Assembly (NCBI GenBank): GCA_965112735.1
Contig: OZ218956.1
Span: 2,790,001 to 2,854,000, forward strand
From: Phaeosaccion multiseriatum
Taxonomy: Eukaryota > Protista > Ochrophyta, other classes
Length of the DNA stretch: 64,000 bases
Reading direction: 5' to 3'
This document shows positions 37,355 through 50,600 of this stretch, piece by piece. The position numbers were made by a program, and so were the translations under genes. Under the pieces are notes generated by a model. That model had not been told where the DNA came from, ran no database searches, and was given only the letters and a program-made list of their open reading frames with translations. Numbering within the stretch: the stretch's first letter is position 1; each line of letters starts with the position of its first letter.

Positions 37355-40300
37355 ATGGCGTCACGTATCAGAGCAGGGGGTGTGGCAGTGTTGCTGGGCC
37401 TCCTTGGCCGCCAGCATGTTGCGCACGCGCAAGCCGGCTGCGCTCTCAGCAATGTGCAAAGCTCCTCGTCCGGCTGGGTAGTGGGGGCCGGAGGTGGCTC
37501 CATTGATTGTCCTTCTCAGGTGAGGAAGGATCGAGGCCAGCTTGGAACTGGGGGTTTGGATTTGGCAGAACGAGCATTCGAGACAACGGCACCGCAATTC
37601 CCCCTAGCAAAAGAGATCCCGCCACGCATGGCTCCCCGCCCTACTCTTATCGTTTTTTTCCTTCTTGTTCTCTACCGTCCATGCATGGTGCACCCTGCGC
37701 TTTTTTCAAAGACGACCGTCTCAGTCAGCGGCGCCTTTTCCATCTTGCTGAATGGCGATCTGACCACCTCGGGGCTGCACCTCAGCGTCATGGGGGGGGC
37801 TGCTGCGGTGACCGTGTCGGGGTCAGGTCAGCTGACCATGAGGGACTCCTCTGCGCCAGACGGGGGAGCCATCGTGGTCAGTCAGGGTAGACTGACTGTG
37901 TTCACAAGGGCCCTGTTCGAGAACTGCTCTTCCACAGGTACACAGGTGCTGCTTGTTATCCCAGCCCTTTCCCTGCGCCGTAGACCAGGCTGGGCGATGG
38001 TGGGAGTGAAAGGGGCGGCGATGAGGGGTATCTCGGGTCCACTGCTTTCCATATGTGCCATCCTTGGCCTCCCCCCTCCCCGCTGTTTTGCGAGATGCAG
38101 CGCCTTTACGGGGCGAGCTCCGTCGTTGAGCGAGACAGTCAAGCGCAGCATGTGCCCCTGCCCTGCTCTGCTCGCGCATGCCCTCTAACCCATAACCTCC
38201 CCCTAACTCCCCAAACCATGTGCCCCCCCCAAGGCGGCGGGCCCACGCAGGGAGGAGGGGCCATCAAGTCCATGCAGGGGGCATCAGTCACCTTCGAGCA
38301 GGAGGCCATCTTCCGTGGCTGCAGCGCTGCGCAGTAAGTCAGTTTTCTCTATCTTCTCTCGTCTCTGTCTCGTTTCTCTCCGTGGATGATGCGATGGGAA
38401 GGCCTCCCCTCCTTCCTCTTGCTGCCATCATCGTTTAGCCCCCCTCTCCTCCTACTGACCGTACCTACTGCTGCACTCTGCGCCCTCACTCATCCTTCCA
38501 GAGGGGGTGGGGCTGTCAACGCCTTCAACTCAGAGTGGACCCTCAACGGCCCCACCACCTTCCAGGGAAACTCTGCAGGGGGAGCCGGGGCCTGGAGCAG
38601 CATTGGCAGCAACGTAAACTTCAACGGGCCCGCCGTCTTTGACGACAATGAGAACACCAACGGGGGAGAAGCGGGCGCCATGTTTGTGCAGATCGCCGGG
38701 CCGGCGCTGACCGTCAAGTTCAACAGCTGCGTGAGCTTCACTAACAACAAGGTGTGTCACAGAGAGAGAGAGAGAGAGATTACAACAAGCTTTTGCTGTC
38801 TTCGCCCTAGGACATAAATTGTCTTTGTAGTGCTTTTTCCATCCCAATCGCTCGCATCTTGCTCAGCAAAGTGCCCCTCCATCTTGGCACGGGTGTGCCG
38901 TGTCCTATCTCACGTCACAAATGAATTTGTCATCCCCCATCTTCCCAACCCCGCCACAGGCCTCGGCAGACGCCACGGCCGCCAGCTGCCACGACGACAT
39001 TCAGCGCCGCTGCGATCTCTTTGCGGACGCCAGCACGGTGTGCGTGAGCGATGAGACACAGACCTTTAGAGGCCTGCTTGACTCGGTAAGAGGCATGGTG
39101 TGCTGGTGGGGCACAAAGATACAATAGATATAATATATTGAACGGTGGAGGGATAATACGACGGTGGAGGGGGGGTGGTTCGGTGTGCGGGTGTGTGGAC
39201 TCGGACTACTGTTTGTTGGTGAACGCGTCGGTTGTCCCCCGTGATAGTGGCATGTACCTCGACCTGGGGCGTTTTTCACAATCATATGTGCCGAGCTCTG
39301 ATTCCGTCCTGACTGCCTGCCTGCCTGCCTGCCTCCTCCTCCCCCTCCCTCCCCTTCCTCCTGCTCTCCCTGCTTTTCTTCCCTCCCCACCCCAGCACCG
39401 TCTGTACTACTGTAACGGCTGCGGTTACTTCGACATTCGTGAGAGGCTGGAGGACGGCCCCGGGGAGTGGCTCGAGCCAGTGGTACCCCTCACCGTCACC
39501 ACCGTCCCTCAGTGCGATGTGAGTACCCGGCAACGAGTCAGAGGAGAAAAGAGGAAGAGGAAGAAGAGTTGAGAGTGAATGTGTGCCCGATTGGAAGTGA
39601 AGGAGCCAGGCACGCAAACTGCCCTTCCTTCGCCTATTTACGCATCCCTCCTCCTCCTCCTCCTCCTGCTCCTCCTCCTCCTCCTCCTCCTCCTCCTCCT
39701 CCTCCTCCTCCTCCTCCTCCTCCTCCTCCTGTCCACAGGCTCTGCCTTCGACCTGCACCGGAAGCGCCTCCCCTGGGACCGACGGCGCTGAGGAGCCGGA
39801 ACGGGCCGCCACCCCTCCCACTCCTACCCCTACCTCCCCCCCTGTGGCTGCCCCCACGACCACGCCCACCTCCCCCCCTGTGGCTGCCCCCACTGCCACT
39901 CCTTCCTCCCCTCCGGTAACGGCACCCACCCCCTCCACCGGTGGGACGGACGACTGCGCTTCCCTCTGCGGTGACATCGAGCCTTGCTACACTGAGCCTC
40001 TGTGCAGCACTGGTGGTGCAAGTCTGGGTTGCTCGGCTCGGGGCCAGGCCAACTGCAGGTGAGAGAAGGGAGAAGGGAGAAGGGGAAGAGGGGAAGGCGC
40101 TCGCCTTCTTTGCTCCTCCTGTTCCTTCCACCTTATGTCCGTGCAGCACCAACTGAGAGAGAAAGTGCCCTCTTGGCCTATCTACCCCATCCACTGCCAT
40201 CCCCCCCACCTTCGTGTGTTTGGGTGGGCTGCTCGGTGGAGAGCATAAGTGCCATGGTTGACACGATGTGTGACTGACTTTCTTGCCTTTGGCCTTGTCT

Positions 40301-41189
40301 TGCTTCGATTCTCACCCATGACTCCTCCTCCTCGCTCCTCCTCCCCCCGTCCGCCCGCCCCATCCTTCTACTGCCATCCATCCATCCATCCATCTATCCA
40401 TCCTGGCATGAATTCATTCAATCGTTCATCCCTTCACTCCAAAGGTTCTGCGGCTTTGGAGTCTTTGTGGGCATCCCCTGCTCCGGAGGCCCAAGTCCGA
40501 CACCCACCCCTCCCACCCCCACCCCTCCCACACCCACCCCTCCCACCCCCACCCCACCCACCCCTTCCGCCGGCGGAGGAGGAGGTGATAATGACTCCTG
40601 CGTTGGCGTTGGTGCCTGCTTCATTGGCATCCAGACATGCGAAGTCGCCCAATGCCCCGGGCAGAGTGGCTGCATTGGAACTACCGGTTGCAAGTGAGTT
40701 CGATACCTTCTGAAGTCCCCCTCCTCTTTTGCTTTTACCTCAGTCCCCGCAATGTGATACAGTAGCTAGGGTAGCGGCGGTGGAATACCCAGGGGAGGGG
40801 AGGAGTTGCGTTGTCTCAGCATTTGACGCCGTCTCTTCCGCTCCCTCCCTCCCTCCCTCCTTCCTTCCTTCGTTCCTTCGTTCCTTCCTTCCTTTCTTCC
40901 TTCCTCTGCACACAGGTACTGCGGCTTTGGAAGCTACGATGCATGCACAGGTTCCGCACTCGTAGGATCGGCACCGGCAGCAACCACGCCACCGGCAGCA
41001 ACCACGCCACCGGCAGCAACCACGCCACCGGCAGCAACCACGCCACCGGCAGCAACCACGCCACCATCGGTAAACTGTGCCACCCTGGGGTGGGCGGGTA
41101 GCTGCGGTGCCTTCACCGACGCTGATTCGTGCAACTGCTGGAGAGCCTCCTCCTTCGCCTGCGTGTGGTCCGGTAGCAGCTGCTACTAA
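37355..41189 (+). CDS. Secreted GGA(I/V/M)-repeat beta-helix (POMP/pectin-lyase-like) protein with Pro/Thr stalks and Cys-rich modules
   Basis: Signal-like MASRIRAGGVAVLLGLLG; DGGAI, GGGAI, GGGAV, GEAGAM with FxxN spacing; two C(R/K)(F/Y)CGFG modules; (PPAATT)x5; nine phase-consistent exons. Confidence 0.8.
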
Positions 41190-41459
41190 ACTCATGCTTT
41201 GGGTTAAGAGAGAGAATAGAAGACTCGGAAGGGGAGGGAGGCACCCTGAGTACCTAGCTACCCATATGAAGCTTGCTGAGCTGCCGACCTACCTGCCTGT
41301 CTGACTGTCCACCACGTTTTTGACAATTATAAAGGAAGTCGTTAAGAGAGTGAACGTGAGGTAAGGGCGGCTTTCCCTTGGGAAGGACCCTCTCCGTTCC
41401 TTTTGTAACCACACTATAATCACAATCCCATCGAGGACTTTGCCCAATGCAAAGTTTTT

Positions 41460-41920
41460 CGGCCCCGAGCACGCCTAGCGGCCTAGGCTCTAGGCCGCTA
41501 GGCCGCTCTAGGCCGCTCACTTTTCAGCCCTAGGCGGCCTTTAGCCCGCCTCTAGGCAGCCTCCCAGTGACCGTGGGCGCGTGCGTGGTGCCGCCCAGCC
41601 AGTGGGTAGCAGCACACCTGTAGGCCTGCACTCCTCGTAGGGCCAGCGAGGCGGAAAGAGACAACACGAACCAAGTCTACTCCTCACTTATCCCATGCAA
41701 TACATTTGCTTAAAACTGACGACACTTGGGCGGGTTCCGGGCCAGCCCAGGGGCATATGAGCATATTCCCGCCCTGGACCTGCGCCTTGTTGGCGTCTGC
41801 CCTAGGCCGCGGGCCTCCGGCCCCCACCTAGGCCGCCGCCTAGGCGGCCTATAAATAGGCCGAGGGCCTACGGCCCTCGCTAGGCCGGGCAATTTTCCAA
41901 AATAGGCCTAGGCCCCTTAG
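41460..41920. mobile_element. Possible non-autonomous DNA transposon remnant with CTAGGC subterminal clusters
   Basis: About 12 CTAG sites in two clusters (41472-41560 and 41798-41915) around a ~240-bp core; no convincing TIR or TSD. Confidence 0.35.
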
Positions 41921-42042
41921 AGGGGGACTCCCAATCACACCCAACTGCAGTCGGATGGCACCCAAGGGCCGAAATCCTCCCGTCGTGTGCCACCATAAAA
42001 TGATGGAGACCTTTGTCTTCCCTCTCTCCTTCTAAGCTGGAG

Positions 42043-45000
42043 ATGAAGAGGTCGACGAGTCTCTCGCAGATCGCGACTGCCACGGCCAAGCTCGCTGCGG
42101 TGACGGCCTCCGCCAGCAGCGTCAAGGCCAGCTCACCCAAAGGCTCCAAAAGCGATGGGAGTGCGCCAACTGCAGCCACCAATAGCAGCAGCAGCAGCAC
42201 TGGGGCTAACGGCTTGCCTTTCTCCGTCACGCGGGAGCTGTTCTATGCTCTGCACGGCATCGACAACTCCCTGGAGGCTGTCGGCCGCGACGATTTGAAG
42301 CGGGACGGGCAGGGGCTGGTAGATGGGCTGGTGGCTCTGTTCAGCTGCAAATGGCTGGACATCACGGACGCCTTCAGAGATCTCATTACCGTCTGCTTAT
42401 GCAAGGTAGGGAGGGACACCACAACCCCGGTGCACACATCTTCAAACGCCACAAGGGGGATTCCCCACCGTATGTGGCGTTGTTACCGTGTTCCATCGTC
42501 ATCATTGTGCTGCTTGGCGTCGGTTTATTATTCTCATCCAGGCTGAGCTGAAGCCTCACTGACTCCCAACTCGTGTGGTGAAGAAATGAATGGAAGGATT
42601 GCATGCATGCAGGCGAGGGTTGAATTCGCTTTGCTTGGCCGTACATTCTTCTTTATCGTCCACCATTCAGCACCCATAATGCATAATGCGGTTCCCTCTT
42701 ACTGCTGCTGCTACTGCTGGCTTCCCCCATTGCCTGCCCCTAGATCGTTTCCAAGTGCGACGGGCTGAGTGTGACCAATGTGTTGTACGATCTCCTAGCC
42801 GTCCTCGATGGCAAGAAGGCCAAGCCTGTGGGGGTCAGATGCGCGGTCTTGTATGCCCAGGTACGAGTGTGTGTGTGTGTATGTGTTTGTGCGTGTGTGT
42901 GTGTGTGTGTGTGTGTCTGTGTCGGTTTGCGTCTGTGCATGTATGTGGGTGCTTGTGTGTACGTGTGTGCGCGTGTGTGTATGTATGTGAGGGCATATGA
43001 ATCAGCGTGCTTTACTTGGTCTGAGGGACATAATGATGTGAGAGTGTGGGCTTTGCATGAAGGTGCGCTGAGAAGAGCTCCTCTCTCTCTGCCTTCTCTC
43101 TCCCTTTCTCTCCCCTTCCCCCCCACCACCCCCCTCTCTCTCTCTCCCTTCCCCCCCCCCCCCCCAAAACACACTCTCCCTTCCCCTCTCTCCTCCACAG
43201 GGCCAACTGTGCTTAGTCTCAGGCATTCGAGCGGCGAGCTGCCTTCCCACAGCAGTCACCGCCATCTGTAAGCAGCTCAAAGCTCCGGAGCATGTCGTGC
43301 GTCTGTACGCACTGGGGGCATTGGCCGACCTTGTGCAGGGGGTGCAGGAGGTGGGCTCCAGCGTACATGGAGAGGTAAGGGAGGGCAGGGAAGGAGGCAG
43401 GGAAGGGAGGAGGGGGGGGGAAGAGGGGGAGGGGAGGGGAGGGGAGGGGAGGGGAGGAGAGGGAAGAGGGGGAGCGGAGGGGAGGGGAGGGGAGGGGAGG
43501 GGAGGGGAGCAGGGGAGAGGGGGAGCGGAGGGGACAGGGTCACGCACCCTTACTAAAGATGGCAGTGAACATATCGGTGGTGATGGGCGTGGAGTTAGAG
43601 AGAGAGAGAGAGAAAGCGGCAAGCACCATAAAGAACATCATCTTACCCCCACCCCCATCCCACACCAACAGGCTTTCAAGTACAGCGTCCGTTGCGTGGG
43701 CGACAAAATACCAGAGATCCGCGTCGCCTGCGCCCGACTGTTCGGCAGCATTGGCAAGTTTTGTGCCACGGGCAACGACATGGGGCCGGGGGGCATGAGG
43801 GGCAGCTTGGGGAGCAGCGGCAGTGGAAGTGGCTCAGCTCCTGCAGTGACACTGGACATGCTGCTGCAGCCGAGCCTCAAGGGGCTGGAGGACGAGTCTA
43901 CGGCAGTGCGGCTCGCCATGGCCCAGGCGGTGGGAGAGGTGAGAGGAGAGAGGAGGATGGTGCTGTTCAAGGCGAGGGTCGGCCATGGGTTGGGGCTTTT
44001 CTGTATTTGGAGGGGGTCACTCGGGCAAGAGGGGCAATAAGAGCTCTCTCCCTCTCTCCCTGTCTCTCTTTTCTCTTCCTCTCCCTGTCTCCCTGTCTCT
44101 CTTCCTCTCCCTCTCCCTCCCTCCCTTTCTCCCTTCCTCTCCCTCTCTGTCTTTCTTCCTCTCTCTCTCTCTCATTGCGCACACTTCAATGGTAACGAAC
44201 CCATTGTGACTCACTTCAATGGTAACGAACCCATTGTGACTCACTTCCAACTCTCCGCCATACCATGCACACAAAGATCCTGGCGGCCTCTATCCGAGCA
44301 AGTGTGGCAGAGCGTGATCGAAAGGTAGTGCGGCAAGCTAGAGACCAGGACAACGACGAGGAAGGCAAAGGAGGGACGGTCAGCACTAGCGGGTCGGGCG
44401 GGGGCGGCGGCGGCGGCGGCGGAGGTGGGGGAGGAGGAGGAGCAGCAGCAGCAGCAGGAGGAGGAGGAGGAGGAGGAGGGGGGGTGGGGGGTGGGGGGGG
44501 GCACCATCACCAACTCTCGGGCATTGAGAAGCTGAAAATGGGCTTGAAGGGCATCGGCCTGCAGAAGGCTGACAAGGCCGGGGCGAGCAGCGGCGGCGCA
44601 GGAGGGGCAGGGGTCAGCTACTTGACCTTTGAGAAGGCCCTCGAGTTCCTGGGGGACGTGTTTGCCAAGGTGTGAAGGGTAGATAGATGGACCGCGGGGT
44701 ACTGCGATGCGGCGATAGAATGTCCGGGCCAGGTTGTTGGTGGTCCCATGCGTGGTCCCTTGTAGCCCTTTCCTGGTGGTGTTGTTTGTATCCATCTTGC
44801 CGCCGCGCAAGCCTTGCATCCCCCTTCTTTCTCCCTCCCTCCCTGCTTGCCTCCCTCCGTCCCTTCCTCCCTGCCTCCCTCCTGTCCTCCCTCCCTCCCT
44901 CCCTCCCTCCCTCCCTTCCTCCCTCTCCTTTTCCTTCCCTCCAACACGCCAACAAAGCCTCATCACGCCCCCCCCCCCCCCCCCCACCCTCCTCCCTTCC

Positions 45001-45751
45001 CCTTTACACCAGGCAACCCTCCCTACCGCGGGCAATCGAGACCACATGTCGGGTGTTGCAGCAGCCTACGTATGCCTTCTAAGATGCGTCCGCCCCCGCC
45101 TCACCACCACCTCGGTGCCCTGGGTGGGGCGCAGCATCATCAACTTGCTCGACTCCGACTGCCTTCCGCAGAGCAGCAACGACGCCTCTCTTGTACGCAC
45201 CTCTGTGCAGTACATTATGCGGGAGGCGCTGTGTAATCACATCCCTGAGAGTCTGCAGCTATTGGTGATACGGGAGATGATCGCTGTGCTCATGGACGTC
45301 ATCGATACCAAGCACGCGGGCACGTCGGGTGAGTGAGTGAGTGAGTGAGTGAGTGATTGATTGAGTGAGAGTGAGTGCGTGAGTGAGTCAAGTGAGTCGA
45401 GTGAGTGAGTGTAGTGAGTGAGTTGAGTGAGTGAGCGCGTTGAGTGAGTGAGTGAGTAGCACCCAATCGCAAAGGTGTCACTCACGTCCCCCTTCTCTCA
45501 CCCCTCACCCCTCACCCCTCGTCTCCTCTCCCCTCCCTCAGGCCTGGCCGAAGATGCCCTGAACGAGCACCAGCTGCAGCTGTGCCTTGTAGAGCTCAGT
45601 CACCTCATTCACACGGTGGGGCAGGCGTGTGCGGCCCTGTCCGCAACCCTGCAGGAGGTGCTCTTTGCGCTGGTGGCCAACAGCAGTTACGGTGTGCGCT
45701 TCGAAGCCGCAGTGGCCCTTGCATCATTAGGTGAGAGAGTGTGTGTGTGTT

Positions 45752-45795
<44 letters not shown>

Positions 45796-46504
45796 TGAGA
45801 GAGAGAGAATGAAGAGAGAGAATGTGAGAGGGAGAGAGAGATAGAGAGAGTGAGGGGGAGAGAGAGAGTGAGAGAGGGAGAGGGAGAGGGAGAAAGAGAG
45901 CGAGCGTGAGAGAGAGAGTGAGAGAGAGTGACTGGGAGAGAGATACAGAGAGTGAGAGGGAGAGAGAGCGACGGTGAGAGAGGGAATGAAGAGTGAGAGA
46001 GTGAGAGAGAAGGAGATCACAACGATTGCCATGTATATCCCTCCTAAATCCCTTTCTTTCCTTCCTCTTCCTCCCCTCCCTTCCTTCCTTCCTTCCTTCC
46101 TTCCTTCCTTCCTCTCCCCGCTCAATCATCACACCCCCCCCTCCCCTCTCCAGGAGCTGCTGTTCCAAGCCTCACAGCAGGTCTGTTGCGCCACTGCCTC
46201 GACGCCATGGCCGACAACAAGGACGCGCTTATGCATGTGCCTCGCAGCGCCAACCCCCGAGGGGCCAACGGCAGCTCGGGAGGGCCCCAAGGCCTCTTGA
46301 AGATGCTCTCATCCTTCTCCTTTAGCAATCTCATGGAGGAGAAGGGGGGTGGGGGTGGGGACGAGGAGGAGGGGGAGTACACCCCGGGGGGAGGGAGTCC
46401 GGCGGCGGTGAGTGCTTGCTTGAGCTTGGGCTTGGGCGGTTTTTGTTATGTTCAACGATTTTGTGAATGCCTTCGAATGTCTGCTCCTCTCTTGTTGTCA
46501 CGAC

Positions 46505-46563
<59 letters not shown>

Positions 46564-47594
46564 GAGGGGGGCGGGGCTGCCACAGTCACTCCTTATTCTT
46601 TTACTTCGAACATGGCTAAGCTCTAGTGGATGTACTCTTCCTCCCCCACCCACCCACTCCGACAACACCTTCCCTCCCTCTCTCCTTTTGGGGGGGGGTG
46701 CTCCGCCTTCCTTCCTTCCTTCCTTCCTTCCTTCCTTCCTTCCTTCCTTCCTTCCTTCCTGGCGCCTCTGTTGCCGCATCCCAGGGCGCAAACGGAGGGT
46801 TCGTAGCTACCCAACCAGGGGCAGGAGGAGAGGGGCCCAATGTTTTGAGGGGCGGAGTGTCGCCAAGTGCTCGTGAAGCAGGTGGTGATACAGCAGCAGC
46901 AGCAGCAGCAGGAGGAGGAGGGACAAGGGGCCACCAAGGAAGCAGCAGAGGATCTGGAGGGTCGGGAGGAGGAGGAGGAGAAGAAGCAGAGGGGGGGGGG
47001 GGCTCCTCCTCCTCCTCCGGTGGGCGATAAGAGGTCAAGAATGCACGCCCTACACGGGCACGCAGCGGCAGCCAACATGCTTGTTCAAGTGTCGCAGAGA
47101 CTGCCTCTCAGGGTGCCCAAGGAACTGGTGGAACAGGCCTTCGGGGTGGGCAGGGAGCTTATTGAGATGCAGTTTCAGTTCCGGGCCAACGGACGACAGG
47201 CAGGGGGGAGAGGGGAAGGAGGAAGAGGTAGGGGGGGGCCTTCTCCGTCCATGGGTGTGGTGTGCACGTGTGTACGGACGGGATGGTCGCTGCTTTCGGC
47301 GCTCTTTTCCGTGGGTGGAGGCGTCTGGGCGGAGACGCATCACAAGGAGTTGTTCAAGTATTGGAGCTGGGCCATGCAAGGTGAGGGTGTGTGTGTGGGG
47401 CGGGGGGGGGGGGGATGGCAGTGGATGGATGGGACACCGGGGGCTGAAACATGGATATGCATAGATGGATGGGTGGATGGATGGATGGGTGGATGGCAAT
47501 GGAAGGAAGAGGAGGGGACGTGGAGAGCCTGGTTGGGGGTCCGTCCGCACCCAAGTCATCGCTGTTTGTTGGGCAGACCATCATCCATAGGTTG

Positions 47595-47626
<32 letters not shown>

Positions 47627-50600
47627 GTATGTGTCTGTCTGTCTGTCGGTCGGTCGGTCTCCATTCACTTCATTGGCTTTCTGCCCTGCTTTCCTTGCTA
47701 TGCTTCCCCATGAATCCCTAACGGCGGAGACTTGTCCATCTCCCTCTCCCTCTCCCTGTCCTCCTTTTAAGTCAAAAAAATAACTGTCTCCCTCTCCCTT
47801 TGCTTCATACATCTACCGGAGCAGCCGCTACGGGGGAGTTAGGGTCGAGTGGACAGAAACCCACACCCCCAGCCACGCCCCCGGCAGCAGCAGCAGCAGC
47901 AGCAGCAGTTGGTGATACAGCAGCAGCAGGGGGGTCAAAGACGGTGAATGGTGACGATATCGGCGACGAAAACGGCCTTGAGACCCCCGGGGGGGAGGCC
48001 GAGGAGCAGCAGGAGGAGCAGCAGGAGGGCGGCGACAGCGGTGCTGCTGAGCCCCAGCCCCAGCCAGGTGGTGATGGTGATGATGATGAGGATGAGGATG
48101 ATGACGGGTCGAAGCCAAAGTCTCTGCCGCCGCCCGTCTTAACTCGCTCGGACGAGGACCGCACCCACAAAGCCAAAGGCCGAGGCCATGACCATAACGA
48201 CAATGACAACTACAGCAACACCAACAACAACAACAACGACGACGACGACGACGATGACGATGACGACGATGAGGATGACGAGGATGAGGATGAGGTGCCC
48301 ATCTCCCTTCCCGGCCTTGACCACACGCACGAGCTCACCTTCCTGGACGCCGCCGTGAGAGCATTGCTTTGCTACGCACGCTCGTGTCCAGAGACGCTCT
48401 ATACCGTCCCGGGCTGCCTGGCCGAGACGGTGAAGCTGGTGCAGCAGTCCATGGAGGCGGTGGAGGGGCGGCTCAAATCTCCCGTCAAGACGCAAGGCAT
48501 CATCTTGCGAACACTCGTCAAGGCCATGTTGATGGAGTGCTATTCATGGTTGCCCCCGGGATGCTTCCCCACCTCATGCGACAAACTCTTTCAGTGGGCA
48601 CAGGACCATTTCAAGGTGATGGGTGAGGGGTGTGGATGGGGTGTCGGGTGTGGGGTGTGGGAGGAAATTAGGAGTGCTGCTGAGACCACGAGAGGCTGCA
48701 AAGGGCAGGGCTAGAGACAGAGATGGGGGGGGGGGGGGGAGAGAAAGAGACAGAGAGATATTGACAGAGAGAGAGAGGCAAAGAAAGAGAGAGAGACAGA
48801 GAGAGAGACAAAGAAAGAGACACAGACAGAGACAGAGACAGAGACACCGAGAGAGAAGGTCACTCACAGCAGCCTCGGCCTGTTTCTCTCTGTCCCCTTC
48901 CTTGGGGCGAAGGCTTCCCCTCCCACCTCCCTGTCTGCCTACCTACCCACCTACCTACTTTACCTACCTACCTACCTACTTACTTACGTACCTACCCACC
49001 TACCTACCTACCTACCTACCTACGCTCACTCCCCATCCAATTCAATTGACTCACAGATGTACACGACCAACGATGTGGAGGCGTCCCTCCTTCCCGCCCT
49101 TGTGAACCCTGAGGACGGTGTGCTTGACATTGCGGGCAGCGCACATACCTCGCCTTTCACAGGGGTCGGCAGCACGGTGCAGGTCGGTGGTGGAGGAGGA
49201 GGAGGAGGAGGAGGAGGAGGAGGAGGAGGAGGAGGAGGAGGTGGAGGAGGAGGAGAAGGAGGAGAAGGAGGAGGAGGAGGAGGAGGGGGGAGGGAGGAGA
49301 GGGAGCTGGCACTTCAAACTTTCCCTCTGTTGCGTGCTTGAAAGGGCTCTGACACGTCCACTTCATTCCCTTTCTCGGCGCTTGCCCTCTGGCCTCTTCT
49401 TCCCCTTTCCTTACCCACTCACCCTCCCCCCCCCGCCTATCGATTCATTTCCCGACTCCACCCCCAACCCCAACAAACAAACCAACAAACAAACCAACAA
49501 ACACAACACAAACAGACGGAAGACACCGACGCGATGATGGCACTTCACGCACAGACCGTTGGCATACCCATCGGCCACCAAGAGAGAGACGCCATGGTCG
49601 GCTCCTCCAACATTTGGTCCTCAAAGCTCTATGACTGCATCCGCTTAGACGGTTCCGGAACCGGCGGGTCGGGGGGTACGGCAGGTGACGGGTCGGCGCT
49701 TGCTCGACCACCCCCAACCCCTCTTCATGGGCCCGAGTGGCGTCGGCCTCACCCCAGTTCGAGTAGCATCAACGTGCGGTTGTTGGATGCGGCGGTGATG
49801 GTATTTGCCTCCACTTTCGGTCTGCAGGGAGGGGCGGAGCAAGCTGAAGCCTTGCATCAGCTCGTGTTGCTACTGCCCGACGGTTACAGACCGTACTTGG
49901 GCAAGACAAGTGGTGGGGGTGGGGGTGGTGGGACGAAGGCGCACACCGGGGGAGGGGGTGCCGGCCTCGGCGCGAGTGGGGGCGGCGGCGGGGGGGGGTT
50001 AGGGCCCAGCCCAGGGGGAGGGGGGATGGGGGGAGACGGAGGAGGGGGAGGCGGAGGCCGCTTCAGCCATCAAGTGAGACTGTCATCGGCGCTGCTGCTG
50101 ACGGAGGAGGAGGCAGCAAAGCGGGAGAGGAGAGCCCACCCCTTGCTGTGCAACGTGGTGACGCTTCTCCTCGCGACTCTCAAAGCCATGCCTGCCCACA
50201 GCGAGCGTCGCTACAGCATCGACGAGCAGTGGGTGGTGCTCTCCCGACAGATGTTGCTGGAACTGCTTGCGGCCCCAAGCTCGATGGTGCGGCGGGCAGC
50301 AGCGGAGTGCATGGGCCTTCTGGCGCTTAAGGTGGGTGGATGGGGGTGCGTGCGTGCGTGTGTGTGGAAAGGGTGGGGTGGGGTGCGCAGCGGGACTTCA
50401 GTCTTTGGTTTGGTCGGGGGGTTGATGGGTTGGTTTGGTTTGGTTTGGTTTGGATGGTTGGTTGGTTGCTTGGTTTGTTGGTTGGTTGGCTGATTAGTTG
50501 GTTGGTTCGTTGGTTCGTTGGTTAATGGGTTGGGTGGATGGTTGATAAGTTGGTTGGTTGGTTGGATGGATGGTTGGTTAGTTGGTTGGTTAGTTGGTTG

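Noticed and set aside
31628-41189. Functional cluster of P4H with the Pro-rich secreted protein
   Set aside because: Separated by a housekeeping gene, and the P4H may be plastid-targeted; proximity alone is not evidence.
41362-41920. TAAGGG...CCCTTA as terminal inverted repeats
   Set aside because: Only 6 bp match and no target-site duplication.
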